DNA of 64,000 bases from Nitrososphaeraceae archaeon (GCA_035250975.1 DATFEP010000012.1:19870-83869), one strand, 5' to 3'; positions 1-10,738 are shown, counted from the first letter of the stretch. The notes: generated by a model not told the origin, from the letters alone. Translations and numbers: made by a program.

Positions 1-11
1 ATATTTGTTTA

Positions 12-944
12 TTAATCAGATCTCAAAATCATAAGATTCTTACAAACAGAGCAAATACCATTGGTAGATTCATGTCCACAAGTACTACATTTATTACTAA
101 GAGAATCGTTAGAGGAATTTAACGTCTTGGATATTTTCATGAGAGATTTATAGGTATTATATTTGATTCCAGGTCTTTGTTCTTCAAGTGAATTAAAGAA
201 ATTTCTCATATCACTTCTAATACTTTCATTCATGTAGGGACATTGCTCAGATTGGAATGGAATGTTTTGTTGAAGTGCATAGAAAACGATTTCTCTTTCA
301 TAGATTTCTATGAAGGGTTTTATTTTCTTGAGATGATGAAATCCATACTGAATTGGTTCAGGATATATCCATCCAATTCTATTCACATCTCCTGAAATAA
401 TATTAATTAAGAACGATTGAAGTTGATCGTCTAAATTATGTCCGGTAGCTATAACATTCACTCCTAGATTTTGAGCTGCAATATCAATAGCTCTTCGTCT
501 AAAGGTACCACAAATAGAACAAGAGGTCATCTTTTCAGAAGGACGTGATGAGATGGCATTATCCATATTCATGCCAAATAAATCCTTATAACCAAAAATT
601 TCATTTTTTATATTTAACTTGGCACAAAAATCCTTGACCAAGGTTAAAGATTCCTCCCTGTATCCTGATATTCCTTCGTCTATTGTTATAGCAACAAGGT
701 CCTTCATGTTTTTTCTTTCCGTGATCTTTTTCATTATAGATAAAAGAGATAGACTATCTTTTCCACCCGAAACACCAACGGCAATTCTATCACCATACCG
801 CATCATAGAAAATTTCGATATTGTTCTTGATGTTTTTTCTTCTATTGAGAAAATAAAACATGACTTGCATAGATATTCACCAGAATATGGTCTAAAATAG
901 ATACTATTTTTATTATAACATTTTGAACAAACAGGCTGTGACAT
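12..944 (-). CDS. ncsA: tRNA 2-thiolation protein (NcsA/TtuA/Ncs6, TIGR00269 family)
   Basis: PP-loop SGGKDS, N-terminal CxxC...CxxC, central CSICG, GHNLDD, C-terminal CxxC...CxxC zinc fingers. Confidence 0.88.
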   Translation of the reverse strand: MSQPVCSKCYNKNSIYFRPYSGEYLCKSCFIFSIEEKTSRTISKFSMMRYGDRIAVGVSGGKDSLSLLSIMKKITERKNMKDLVAITIDEGISGYREESLTLVKDFCAKLNIKNEIFGYKDLFGMNMDNAISSRPSEKMTSCSICGTFRRRAIDIAAQNLGVNVIATGHNLDDQLQSFLINIISGDVNRIGWIYPEPIQYGFHHLKKIKPFIEIYEREIVFYALQQNIPFQSEQCPYMNESIRSDMRNFFNSLEEQRPGIKYNTYKSLMKISKTLNSSNDSLSNKCSTCGHESTNGICSVCKNLMILRSD

Positions 945-1178
945 TATATCACTGAAATTAGTGAATATTAGTCATTATTATTGTTATGTAACTGCTTAAT
1001 ACATGTCTTCTCCTCTTATGTAGTATAATCCAAAAAACAGATAGCATTTGCTAGGAATTTCGGCTATATTAAAATCTGTACTGAACAGATGTATAATGAG
1101 TAGCAAATAATTAATTTTCTATAAATTAGAAATATTAGACATATTAAAATTAATATAATATAAGATTAGATCTAATTT

Positions 1179-1679
1179 ATGAGTTTTAAACAAAATATTC
1201 TAGATTATGTTAATTATAAAATAATAGACGTACTAAGTAAAAATTCTTCGCTGCCATTCGTCGAATTGGCAAAACAGATCGGGATTTCTGATGCGACTGT
1301 ACATACAAGAGTTAAAAAGATGATATCTACTGGAATAATAAAGAAATTTTCTGTCATCATCGACAATAATTTGGTAGGATATGATCATTTGGCTTTTATT
1401 ATGGTAAAATTGGAAAATGGAAAAACTGATCAAGCTGTTGCAATATTAGAAGAAATCGAACAGATTTTAGAAATACATGAGATTTATGATAAATTCGACT
1501 TACTAGTAAAAATTCGTTCAAAAAGTTTAGAGAACATGAGAGATATTATAGTGAATAAAATTTTATCAATAACGGAAGTTAAAGAAATTGAATTAATGAC
1601 AGTCTTGAGAACCAGAAAGGAAGAACAAATGGTATCCTTACGAACTGAAATATCTGAAAAATCGAAAGATTTTTTTTAA
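1179..1679 (+). CDS. Lrp/AsnC family transcriptional regulator
   Basis: N-terminal HTH (ELAKQIGISDATVHTRVKKM..GIIKKF) plus C-terminal RAM domain. Confidence 0.92.
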   Translation: MSFKQNILDYVNYKIIDVLSKNSSLPFVELAKQIGISDATVHTRVKKMISTGIIKKFSVIIDNNLVGYDHLAFIMVKLENGKTDQAVAILEEIEQILEIHEIYDKFDLLVKIRSKSLENMRDIIVNKILSITEVKEIELMTVLRTRKEEQMVSLRTEISEKSKDFF

Positions 1680-1689
1680 GAAAAAAATA

Positions 1690-1905
1690 TTAATTTTTCT
1701 GCTTTTCTTTTTTTGAAGATTGCCACCAATCAAGATAATCATCATGCATTCTTTTTTTAGGGTCTTGATAGTTGATTTCAGATTTGTCTCGTAATTCATC
1801 CATTTTTTCACGAGAGGCATAGAGTCCACAACTTCTACAAATAAAATTCTTTGTAGATGGTTCCAATTTCAGTTCTCCACCACACTCAGGACAAAATTTG
1901 GTCAA
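1690..1905 (-). CDS. small zinc-ribbon protein
   Basis: CPECGG...CRSCG motifs; 71 aa; convergent with Lrp gene. Confidence 0.75.
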   Translation of the reverse strand: MTKFCPECGGELKLEPSTKNFICRSCGLYASREKMDELRDKSEINYQDPKKRMHDDYLDWWQSSKKEKQKN

Positions 1906-2152
1906 TCGAACGATATTTACTCGTAACCTAATAAAAGGATTATGAGAAAGTTATGAGGTATATCTCAAATGCTAAAAATTAAAAATATGATTATCTATTT
2001 TAATGTCTTTATTGAATTTCGCCTAAAAAGGAAATATCATCGTAGTTACATTTTTAAATATATTATTGGAAAAGGAATTTTCAAAAATTTGTACGGATCA
2101 AACAAATATATAACATTAGAGACACTACAATAAAAAATATTTTGGGATCGAA

Positions 2153-2785
2153 TTGAAGTCACTAGACAAAATAATACTTGGCTCTCTATACGTAAGCAAT
2201 TTAGACAAGGGCGTGGAATTTTTACAGCGTCTGCAAGATAGATATCAATTAGATAAAAAATTTTTTTATTCACGAATATTGGAGTTGACTAAAATTGGAT
2301 TAATTGAAAAAACTAAAGACAATAATTTTAGATTGAGTATGTTAGGAAGAGAAACCTTAACGGTAGTGCTCGTAGGAGGTGTATTTGACATATTACATCC
2401 TGGTCACATATCCACACTGAAGTCAGCTAAATCATATGGAGATGTTCTGATAGTAATAATTGCAACAACATCTACTGCAACTAAAATAAAAAAAAATCGT
2501 GTAATATACCATAATGAAGAATTGAGAAAAGAAATGGTCTCAGCCTTAAGTTTTGTAGATCTTGCATTGATAGGAAGGAAAGGCACTTTATTTGATACTG
2601 TTGAGTATGTAAGACCGGATATTATTGCTTTAGGTTATGATCAGACACATACAGAAAAATATATTTCTGAAAATTGCAAAAAAAGAAATATTGACGCAAG
2701 AGTCATAAGATTGAATACACCAATCCCAAAAACTAAGAGTTCCGAAATAAAAAAAGAGCTAGGAGATGCAGTTTATGATCTGTGA
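2153..2785 (+). CDS. ribL: FAD synthase (cytidylyltransferase family) with N-terminal winged-helix-like extension
   Basis: GGVFDILHPGH (HxGH), RPDIIALGYDQ, KSSEIK; adjacent to riboflavin kinase. Confidence 0.82.
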   Translation: MKSLDKIILGSLYVSNLDKGVEFLQRLQDRYQLDKKFFYSRILELTKIGLIEKTKDNNFRLSMLGRETLTVVLVGGVFDILHPGHISTLKSAKSYGDVLIVIIATTSTATKIKKNRVIYHNEELRKEMVSALSFVDLALIGRKGTLFDTVEYVRPDIIALGYDQTHTEKYISENCKKRNIDARVIRLNTPIPKTKSSEIKKELGDAVYDL

Positions 2786-2796
2786 GAATTAAGAAA

Positions 2797-3492
2797 TCAA
2801 GATAAATTATCAGTTTTCACTTTAAATTTAATTAGATCACCGTTTTTTAAATTAAATTCTTCTTTGATTGAAAATGGAGCTATTATTTCTATGATAGTGT
2901 CATCATAGTGGGTTCTTTCCAAAATTAGTACTGCACAATTTGGATTTTCGCTCTCATTTAGATAAGCTGGGTAACATTTTACCCATCCATACGTTCGAGT
3001 TTCGTCACTAAATCCATCTACAGCTACAGATGGAAATTTCAATATCTCTTTTTTTCTATCAACATAAAATTTTGAATTCAGCTTTATGTTAAGTGTACCA
3101 GGATATGGTTCGTAACCTAGTTTTTCTTTAAATTTTTGTTTATAACCAGATAACGACATGTAATACGATCCTTCACCCATTCCTGAAACCACTTCTCCTT
3201 CGAAATTGAGAGTATTTTTGAAAGTTTCAACTGCTGTCTTCAAAAAAAGAAATAGCTCATAAACTTCTTGAAATCCTCTTTCAGTTATCTTGACACTAAA
3301 TTTTTTCCCATGTTGATTTCTTTCTATTAATCCCGTCAATTCGAGATAAAGTAACTCTTTTGAGGCTAACTGTTGAGAACGATTAATTTTTTTTGCCAAC
3401 TCATTTGTAGTAATTTCCACAAAATTATTCTTAGCCCCACATAATAAGAGATGTGAAAGTATTACAACATGTTGTAGCTTGGTATCTTTCAT
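2797..3492 (-). CDS. ribK: CTP-dependent riboflavin kinase with N-terminal wHTH (RbkR-type)
   Basis: GEVVSGMGEGSYYM, PYPGTLN, ERTHY motifs; N-terminal ELAKKINRSQQLAS HTH. Confidence 0.92.
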   Translation of the reverse strand: MKDTKLQHVVILSHLLLCGAKNNFVEITTNELAKKINRSQQLASKELLYLELTGLIERNQHGKKFSVKITERGFQEVYELFLFLKTAVETFKNTLNFEGEVVSGMGEGSYYMSLSGYKQKFKEKLGYEPYPGTLNIKLNSKFYVDRKKEILKFPSVAVDGFSDETRTYGWVKCYPAYLNESENPNCAVLILERTHYDDTIIEIIAPFSIKEEFNLKNGDLIKFKVKTDNLS

Positions 3493-3500
3493 AAATAGGT

Positions 3501-4769
3501 TTATGGTAATTCTATTTCACTAAAGGTGTTAATTTTGAGTGATGAGTTCCGTTTTATATCTGCCAATCTGTGACCTACTATTTGTTCTATTCCAGCTTTA
3601 TCAGAGGCATCAATCAATCTCTGTGTCACTATTCCATCAAGAATTAGGATCTTCCCTCCTGAAATGTCATCTAGTTTTTTTACAATTTCAGAAACAGGAA
3701 CTTTGATGATTGTGTTCATCGATCCATCAAGAACAATAGCCTCAAGTGTTTCGTTAATTTGAGAGTAAATGTCACGTATTATGGAATTTTGACCCGTATC
3801 AGATTTAATAGCAGTATTAGTTTGGACCAATATAGATTCAACGTTATTGCCTTGTGGGATTTTTTGTGGAGATTGTTGAAATACAGGTTTCTCTTTCTCG
3901 GTTTTGTGATATTTCTTTTGGGGAAAAGGTGTTTGTTTACGTGAGAAAGTATCTTCTTTTGATTCTTCAAAGATATTACCCAATATTTGTGATATCTCTA
4001 GAGGTGTACATTCTTCTACTTCTCTACCTTGTGGAGCTCTGTAAACTTTATCGACACTAACCAATCCCTGTAACTCCTTCAATATTAGATCACCGGCCCG
4101 GTCTCCATCAAGGAATGCAATTACTTTTTTACCTTCAGTAAGATGTGTTATAGTTTCATCAATTTTTGCCCCTTCAATTGCAATAGCATTATCAAATCCC
4201 GCACGAAGTAGGTTAATCACATCTGCCCTTCCTTCTACAAGTATAATCCATTCAGAATTAAAAACTCCAGTCCCGCATGCAAGTTGAGCCTTACCAAAGG
4301 TAGTAAGTTTTCCAGGCTTGCTGGCATCATAAACATCTTTTAACATTTCTTCTCCCTCGCTGATAGTCTTAGTAGCCCACTCTTGTACAATTTTTTTTGC
4401 ACGATCGACAATAACTTTTTTCTTTATCGCTCGAATATCATCGATCCCTGACAAAATAAAATGAGCTTGAAAAGGACCAACTTTATCGATACTTTCAATC
4501 GCTGCTGCGATGAGAGCTGCTGTAGATATGTCAGTACTCATTGGGATTAATGCATCTCCCTTTGCAATATTGGACTTTGTATCTACATTTACTTCTATTC
4601 TACCAACTTTAGAGACCTTTTGTAATTCATTGAGGTTCATTTCTGGACCAAGCAAACCCTCGGTCTGACCAAAAATAGCTCCAATAATGTCTGCTTTTTC
4701 TACGAGTCCATCAACCTCGAAGCTTAATTTAACGTGATATTTTACTATACCGGTACTAGGCAATTCCAT
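3501..4769 (-). CDS. dnaG: archaeal DnaG-type primase (TOPRIM; exosome-associated)
   Basis: GAIFGQTEGLLG, VEGRADV, FLDGDRAG, DGIVTQRL motifs. Confidence 0.95.
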   Translation of the reverse strand: MELPSTGIVKYHVKLSFEVDGLVEKADIIGAIFGQTEGLLGPEMNLNELQKVSKVGRIEVNVDTKSNIAKGDALIPMSTDISTAALIAAAIESIDKVGPFQAHFILSGIDDIRAIKKKVIVDRAKKIVQEWATKTISEGEEMLKDVYDASKPGKLTTFGKAQLACGTGVFNSEWIILVEGRADVINLLRAGFDNAIAIEGAKIDETITHLTEGKKVIAFLDGDRAGDLILKELQGLVSVDKVYRAPQGREVEECTPLEISQILGNIFEESKEDTFSRKQTPFPQKKYHKTEKEKPVFQQSPQKIPQGNNVESILVQTNTAIKSDTGQNSIIRDIYSQINETLEAIVLDGSMNTIIKVPVSEIVKKLDDISGGKILILDGIVTQRLIDASDKAGIEQIVGHRLADIKRNSSLKINTFSEIELP

Positions 4770-4997
4770 AACCTCTTGTTTATTATAAAGTAAAATTAAG
4801 GTTGACAGGCACGAATATAAGTGCTTTGACTAACATTTCTAAATAAATTTTAAATAATTAGAATAAATTTTAATTTTTTTATTAAAAAAAGAATCAGACA
4901 ACTAAGAAATATTATAATATATATTTTTTACTTGCATAAATACAAGATAGGTGAAATAAAGGTATTTTTAGGTAATTAACGAATATAATTTCGATAT

Positions 4998-5351
4998 ATG
5001 GCTATCGGGGGATCAGAATGGATTATTATTATTTTGATCAGCATTTTTTTGATCTTCGGTTCCAAAAAATTACCAGAAATATCTAGACAGATAGGCAAGG
5101 CAGTAGGCGAATATAATAGAACTAGAGAGGCGTTATCGAAAGAGATTAGAGATATTTCAAACGTTGATTCACAGAAGATTAAGGTAGATAATTCCAAGAA
5201 TTTTACAATTGGTAAAATTATTGGTGGCCCAGTCTCTTCTGAAAGAGAAAAATTGGAAATGATAGCCAAATCATTGAATATTGAATTTGCGGACAAAACT
5301 GACGAAGAACTTCGTTTGGTAATCAATGATCGAATGAAAAAAGATAATTAA
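4998..5351 (+). CDS. tatA: twin-arginine translocase TatA/TatE subunit
   Basis: N-terminal TM helix then FGSKKLPE..R.IGKAVGEY amphipathic helix. Confidence 0.9.
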   Translation: MAIGGSEWIIIILISIFLIFGSKKLPEISRQIGKAVGEYNRTREALSKEIRDISNVDSQKIKVDNSKNFTIGKIIGGPVSSEREKLEMIAKSLNIEFADKTDEELRLVINDRMKKDN

Positions 5352-5419
5352 TAGGTATTTTTCTACGATAATCATTAGATATATTTATTATTCAGGATTT
5401 AAATAGAACGTACAGAAAT

Positions 5420-6685
5420 ATGTCTTCAAATGATAATGAAAAAATAAATCCATTTCAAGTTGCTTTAAAACAATTGGAAGAGGCCGCAAAAATTCTTAAT
5501 CTTGATAAAGGAATGTTTGACGTGTTATCTCATCCTAAAAGAGTACTTACTGTTTCCATCCCAGTAAAGATGGACGATGGGTCCATGAGGGTATTTACCG
5601 GATATAGATCTCAACATAATGATGCAAGGGGTCCATACAAAGGGGGAATTAGATACCACCCAGATGTTACAATAGATGAAGTCAAGGCTTTATCAATGTG
5701 GATGACCTGGAAATGTGCAATCGCTGACATTCCTTATGGTGGTGGGAAAGGGGGAATAATTTGCAATCCGAAAGAAATGTCAGAAAATGAACTTGAAAGA
5801 ATGACAAGAAGATTTGCATATATGATATCTGATATAATTGGTCCTCATACGGATATTCCAGCACCTGATGTCTATACTGGTGGTAAAGAAATGGCATGGA
5901 TAATGGATACATACTCTGCACTTAAAGGTAATTTTGTACAGCCAGAATTAATAACAGGTAAACCTATTCCTATCGGCGGTTCTTTGGGAAGAAATGAAGC
6001 CACTGGAAGAGGACTTGCTTATACTGTAAGAGAGGCTGCTAAAGAACTTGGCATAAACATGAAGGAATCTACAATTGTTGTCCAAGGCTTCGGCAATGCG
6101 GGACAGTTTTCTTCAAAATTAGTACAAGATCAAGGGGGAAAGGTGATTGCTGCATCAGATACTCAGGGAGCTATTATCAACAGTGAAGGAATCAGCGCAG
6201 ACGCATTAATGAAGCATAAAAAGGAAACTGGTTCAGTGGCAGGATTTGATGGATCTAGATCAATCTCAAATGAAGAACTATTGGAAACAGAATGTACTGT
6301 TTTAATACCTGCGGCTTTAGAAAACCAAATAACAAAGAATAATGCAGGAAAAATTAAGGCAAAAATAGTTGCTGAGGCCGCAAACGGTCCAACAACCCCA
6401 GAGGCTGACGAAGTACTCTATAAGAATGGAATTCTTGTAATACCAGATATTCTAGCAAATGGTGGAGGAGTAACAGTATCTTATTTTGAATGGTTACAAA
6501 ATTTGAGAAGAGATTATTGGACTGAAGATGAAGTAAATCACAGACTTGACAAGAATATTACTAAATCATTCCATGATGTTTATGATGCACATAAGAGATA
6601 TAACGTGGACATGAGAAAAGCTGCCACTTTACTTGCTATAAATAGAGTTGCAGAGGCAACAAAAATTAGAGGAATTTGGCCATAA
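5420..6685 (+). CDS. gdhA: glutamate dehydrogenase (Glu/Leu/Phe/Val family)
   Basis: GPYKGGIRYHP, GGGKGG, DIPAPD, QGFGNAG, EAANGP, NGGGVTVSYFEW. Confidence 0.95.
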   Translation: MSSNDNEKINPFQVALKQLEEAAKILNLDKGMFDVLSHPKRVLTVSIPVKMDDGSMRVFTGYRSQHNDARGPYKGGIRYHPDVTIDEVKALSMWMTWKCAIADIPYGGGKGGIICNPKEMSENELERMTRRFAYMISDIIGPHTDIPAPDVYTGGKEMAWIMDTYSALKGNFVQPELITGKPIPIGGSLGRNEATGRGLAYTVREAAKELGINMKESTIVVQGFGNAGQFSSKLVQDQGGKVIAASDTQGAIINSEGISADALMKHKKETGSVAGFDGSRSISNEELLETECTVLIPAALENQITKNNAGKIKAKIVAEAANGPTTPEADEVLYKNGILVIPDILANGGGVTVSYFEWLQNLRRDYWTEDEVNHRLDKNITKSFHDVYDAHKRYNVDMRKAATLLAINRVAEATKIRGIWP

Positions 6686-6688
6686 GAT

Positions 6689-6710
6689 ATCTTTTCTTTC
6701 TTTTCTTTTT
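6689..6710 (+). terminator. putative oligo-T archaeal terminator after gdhA
   Basis: pyrimidine/T-run tcttttctttcttttcttttt directly after the stop codon. Confidence 0.45.
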
Positions 6711-6866
6711 GCTAAAGCATAAGTAATTTATTCAATTTCCTTGGTTTATTTTTTTGAAAATCCATTTATTATTAAACTGATCTTATAAATAATTAAAGAA
6801 ATTTAAAAAATAATTAAATAGATAGATCCTAGATGCATAAAAAAATATAATCTTTAAAAAAAGTTG

Positions 6867-7217
6867 TTATTCTGTCGAGAATGAGTGTCCACAAGAACAG
6901 CTTTTAGTTACGTTGGGATTATTAATCTTGAATCCAGATCCCATTAGACTATCTATATAATCTATGCTTGCCCCGTTTAGATATCTCTGACTATAATTAT
7001 CGATTATGATTTTTACGCCATTTTGTTCGATCATATAATCATCTTCTTCTGCATTTTCTTCAAACCCCATTCCGTATGATAATCCGGAGCATCCTCCACC
7101 AGTTACGTAAACTCGTAAGAAAAGACTTGCCTTTTCTTCCTGCTTCATAAATTCAATAACTTTTTCTGCAGCTTTTGGGGTTACAGTTACTATTTGTGAT
7201 TGCTGAGAGCTTTCCAT
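6867..7217 (-). CDS. A-type Fe-S cluster carrier (HesB/IscA/ErpA family)
   Basis: GGGCSGLSY and NPN..SCSCGHSF motifs. Confidence 0.93.
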   Translation of the reverse strand: MESSQQSQIVTVTPKAAEKVIEFMKQEEKASLFLRVYVTGGGCSGLSYGMGFEENAEEDDYMIEQNGVKIIIDNYSQRYLNGASIDYIDSLMGSGFKINNPNVTKSCSCGHSFSTE

Positions 7218-7271
7218 TTTATTATTAATATCTTTTTAAAACAATATAAATTTTGCCTGATCTAAAAAAAA

Positions 7272-9395
7272 TTAAGAATTATTGTTAGTTATTTTTGCCC
7301 ATTGTGCTAAACTTCCAGCTGCTGTCACCCAGGAGATAACAGAATGATACACAGGTACGTTATTTTCCTCTATTCTTTTTGAGATTTCTTGAGTAAATGG
7401 TCCTCCGAGTGCACCTATCAAGATAGGCTTTTTCTTCTGTTTCTGAAAATCAGCAAGGATATTTACTATTGTTTCTTCCAATGGGTCGTCTTGAAAAACA
7501 AACCAGGGCATAATAATATCGACTTTGGGATCATCTAAGAATGTCTGTATAGCAAATTTATAGTCATCTGCATTAGCAGATCCTGTAACATCCAATGGAT
7601 TTCCTATAACATATGTTGAAGGATAGTGTTCATGAAATTTCTTTTTACTCTCTTCACTCATCTCTGCTATCTTTAAAGATAACCTTTCAAAATGATCTAT
7701 TGCTGCGATTACAGGTCCTGCTCCATTTGTTACTAATGCTACTCTATTTCCTTTCGGAATAGGTTGCCAAGTCAATGCTTTTAATGAACCAGTTAGTTCT
7801 TCATAGCTATCAACAGATATAATACCAGCTTGATCAAAAGCGCCTTTTACCACTGAATAAGAACCGCCCAGCGATCCTGTATGAGACTCTGCTTGTTTAG
7901 CACCTCGTTGTGACCTTCCGTTTTTAAAAACTACTATTGGTTTTTTCTTATCCTTTATTACGTTCTTGGCAGTATTCATAAATTTTCTGCCATCACCAAG
8001 TCCTTCTACATATAATCCGATGACAGAGGTTTTAGGGTCTTCAGAAAGATACCAGATCATATCTGCCTCATCAACATCGGAACGGTTTCCATATGAGATC
8101 ATCTTACTCATTCCAAAGGAGTCAGAGGTTTCCATAAATGCTATTCCAATAGTACCACTCTGAGACAAAAATGCGACATCACCTTTTTTTGGTCGTATCA
8201 TTCTTTCGTGTCCTTGGAATGCACAATCAAGTCTATTTTCTCCATTAAACATCCCGATACAATTTGGTCCTATTATCCTTACATGTAATTTAGAAGACAA
8301 ATTTTTGATTTTTTGCTCAATTTCAGCTCTTTCACCACCAAGTTCCTTACCACCTCCAGAAATTATGACCATATTATGGATTCCTTTTTTGCCGCATGTT
8401 TCCAATATATCTGGGACAAATTTAAGATCAACTGTAACTATCACCAAATCAACTGGTTCGTCAATGGCGTCTAAACTTTTATACGCCTTTAGATCAAGTA
8501 TATGGTCATAACCTTTTGCATTCACGGGAAAAATTTTTCCTTTATAATCATATTTTGAAAGGCTTTTGAGAACAGAATTTCCTACTTTGTTTTCCTCAGG
8601 AGAAGCGCCTATTAATGCAATTGATTTAGCATCAAAAAAGATATTCATATAGCTTGAATCTGGAACAGAATTAGAAATTGTATCTTCATTCACGTTTGTC
8701 TTTAATAGAATCTTGGCATCTACAACATAGTAATTTTGAGGATATACAATAATAGGATTAAAGTCTACGCTATCAATATATTTTGCCATATCAGTACCGA
8801 GATTACCAATTTTAACAATAGCATCACATAAAATATCCAAGTCAACAGGTTCCGATCCTCTAAATCCTTTAAGAATTTTGTTTCCTTTTAAATCATTAAT
8901 CATATCCAATGCATCTTCTTTTGTAATTGGAAGTACTCTAAAGGAAATGTCCTTAAATAATTCAGTATAAATTCCTCCTAGACCTAGCATGATCACTGGT
9001 CCGAATTGAGGATCATTTTGTAATCCTACTATTAATTCGATTCCTTTAGGAACCATCTTTTCTAATAATACCCCCTTAACATCATATTCTTTTGACAGAC
9101 GACCATGCATGTCTAAAAATGCTTCTTTTGTTTCCTCTTCATTTTGTAACCCAACCTTGACTCCTTGTACATCTGTTTTGTGTAAAATTTGATCAGATAC
9201 TATTTTGGCGACTAGCGGAAAACCTATTTCTCTTGACTTTACTAGAGCTTCAGAATCACTAGTAACGATAGAATATTCTGGGACCTTTATACCATATTCA
9301 GATAATATGGATTTTGCTGATTCTTCTGTAATTATTTTGCTACCTTTTTGAACATTATCATCAAATATTTTTCGTACTTTTTCACTATCTACCAT
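7272..9395 (-). CDS. 3-hydroxypropionyl-CoA synthetase (ADP-forming), HP/HB carbon fixation cycle
   Basis: N-terminal ATP-grasp ([18 protein letters not shown]) fused to CoA-binding part (GPNCIG, SQSG, SHTGSL phospho-His); recalled similarity to the Nitrosopumilus enzyme ([23 protein letters not shown]). Confidence 0.85.
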   Translation of the reverse strand: MVDSEKVRKIFDDNVQKGSKIITEESAKSILSEYGIKVPEYSIVTSDSEALVKSREIGFPLVAKIVSDQILHKTDVQGVKVGLQNEEETKEAFLDMHGRLSKEYDVKGVLLEKMVPKGIELIVGLQNDPQFGPVIMLGLGGIYTELFKDISFRVLPITKEDALDMINDLKGNKILKGFRGSEPVDLDILCDAIVKIGNLGTDMAKYIDSVDFNPIIVYPQNYYVVDAKILLKTNVNEDTISNSVPDSSYMNIFFDAKSIALIGASPEENKVGNSVLKSLSKYDYKGKIFPVNAKGYDHILDLKAYKSLDAIDEPVDLVIVTVDLKFVPDILETCGKKGIHNMVIISGGGKELGGERAEIEQKIKNLSSKLHVRIIGPNCIGMFNGENRLDCAFQGHERMIRPKKGDVAFLSQSGTIGIAFMETSDSFGMSKMISYGNRSDVDEADMIWYLSEDPKTSVIGLYVEGLGDGRKFMNTAKNVIKDKKKPIVVFKNGRSQRGAKQAESHTGSLGGSYSVVKGAFDQAGIISVDSYEELTGSLKALTWQPIPKGNRVALVTNGAGPVIAAIDHFERLSLKIAEMSEESKKKFHEHYPSTYVIGNPLDVTGSANADDYKFAIQTFLDDPKVDIIMPWFVFQDDPLEETIVNILADFQKQKKKPILIGALGGPFTQEISKRIEENNVPVYHSVISWVTAAGSLAQWAKITNNNS

Positions 9396-9481
9396 AGAAA
9401 TACGAAAAAGCTTTAGTGTAGTTTCTAATTAACTTTACTTTTTATTCAATATTATTTGACTATGGACGAATAGATTCTTAC

Positions 9482-10102
9482 TCATTCATTATTGTTTAAC
9501 TTGTCAAGAGACTGAATAAGTATAGACCTTCTTGATTCTTCAGTCATCAATTCCCGTGTATTTTCAATCAATATTCTACATACATCCAATTTCTTTCTAA
9601 TTCCAGAAACAAAGTTATCGTAAACTGCAAATGGATAGATGGCATTAAAAATCTCCTGCATCTGAATGAATAAAATTTCAGCCTCCTTATAGTTTCCCAA
9701 TCTAACCTTATCATAAATCATCCGCTTTATCTCCCCAATGCTATCTAAAAACCCCAAAAGATATGATTGACTTGAAACATTCATCTCACCCAAACTAGGA
9801 AAAGATTTATTTTTTGCAATTCCTAACACTATACTGGCTTCTACCAGTTCTTGTTCTGAAATAGAGAGGTATCTTGATAGATCTTGCTTGGCATAATCTT
9901 TTAATGAAAAATATAATGCTTTTGCTTTCTCTAATTTAGATTGACTCGCTTCTAAATTATTTTGATGTACTTCTATTATTGTCTGGCTACACAGGATTAT
10001 TAATTCTCGAGATTCTTTGATAAGGTGTTCTCGTCTATTTTCTATATTTTTCAATTCTTCATATACAATGTCTAATGAATTTTTAATATTCAGAGGCAGC
10101 AC
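9482..10102 (-). CDS. translin/TRAX (C3PO-like) family protein
   Basis: all-helical; EQELVEA, YLLGFLDSIGEIKR, RKKLD motifs. Confidence 0.85.
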   Translation of the reverse strand: MLPLNIKNSLDIVYEELKNIENRREHLIKESRELIILCSQTIIEVHQNNLEASQSKLEKAKALYFSLKDYAKQDLSRYLSISEQELVEASIVLGIAKNKSFPSLGEMNVSSQSYLLGFLDSIGEIKRMIYDKVRLGNYKEAEILFIQMQEIFNAIYPFAVYDNFVSGIRKKLDVCRILIENTRELMTEESRRSILIQSLDKLNNNE

Positions 10103-10213
10103 GTTAACGAGTCCTATTTTTCATAATAATATCTTTTGTAAATAATCTGATTTATTTCTTTAATTAAATTCGTAAACAAGGTTTTAACATGGGAATAAGA
10201 AATTAAGATTAGT

Positions 10214-10708
10214 TTGGGAAACATTCGAAGAAGTAGAGGATATAGCTACGAGTATCTTATTGTCAATAGACTCAACAATAGGTATTGGACAGCAAAACGA
10301 CTTGGAGGTTCAAGTGTTGGCTTACCAGATATTGTTGCAGTGAATAACAACAAGGGAATTTTGTTAGCGATTGAAGCCAAATCTGGAACAGGCGATGCAT
10401 TATATGTTCCAAGTGACCAAATCGAAAGATGCTTTTCAATCGCAAATATGTTTAGATATTATAAAAATAAACATGTAATTCTAGCTTTTAAATTCATGCG
10501 TAAGAAAAGAATTAAAAAAAATCATGAAAACACATATGCGAGTAGAAAACTTGTCGAATACTACAAAGTTGCTGATATTTTGGGAGGTAAGAGAAAGTTT
10601 CCACAAATTAAATGTAATTATACTGGTGAAACATTTGTAGTTGCAGAAAGTGCTTCAAAAAAATTTGAATTACCAGAATTTAAAATGCCCTTCCCCAAAA
10701 ATAAATAA
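10214..10708 (+). CDS. Hjc-like Holliday junction resolvase (PD-(D/E)xK nuclease)
   Basis: RG..YE, SS..LPDIVA, AIEAKS motif. Confidence 0.8.
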   Translation: MGNIRRSRGYSYEYLIVNRLNNRYWTAKRLGGSSVGLPDIVAVNNNKGILLAIEAKSGTGDALYVPSDQIERCFSIANMFRYYKNKHVILAFKFMRKKRIKKNHENTYASRKLVEYYKVADILGGKRKFPQIKCNYTGETFVVAESASKKFELPEFKMPFPKNK

Positions 10709-10738
10709 ATATTAACAAAAAAGAGATAGATTGTAAAA

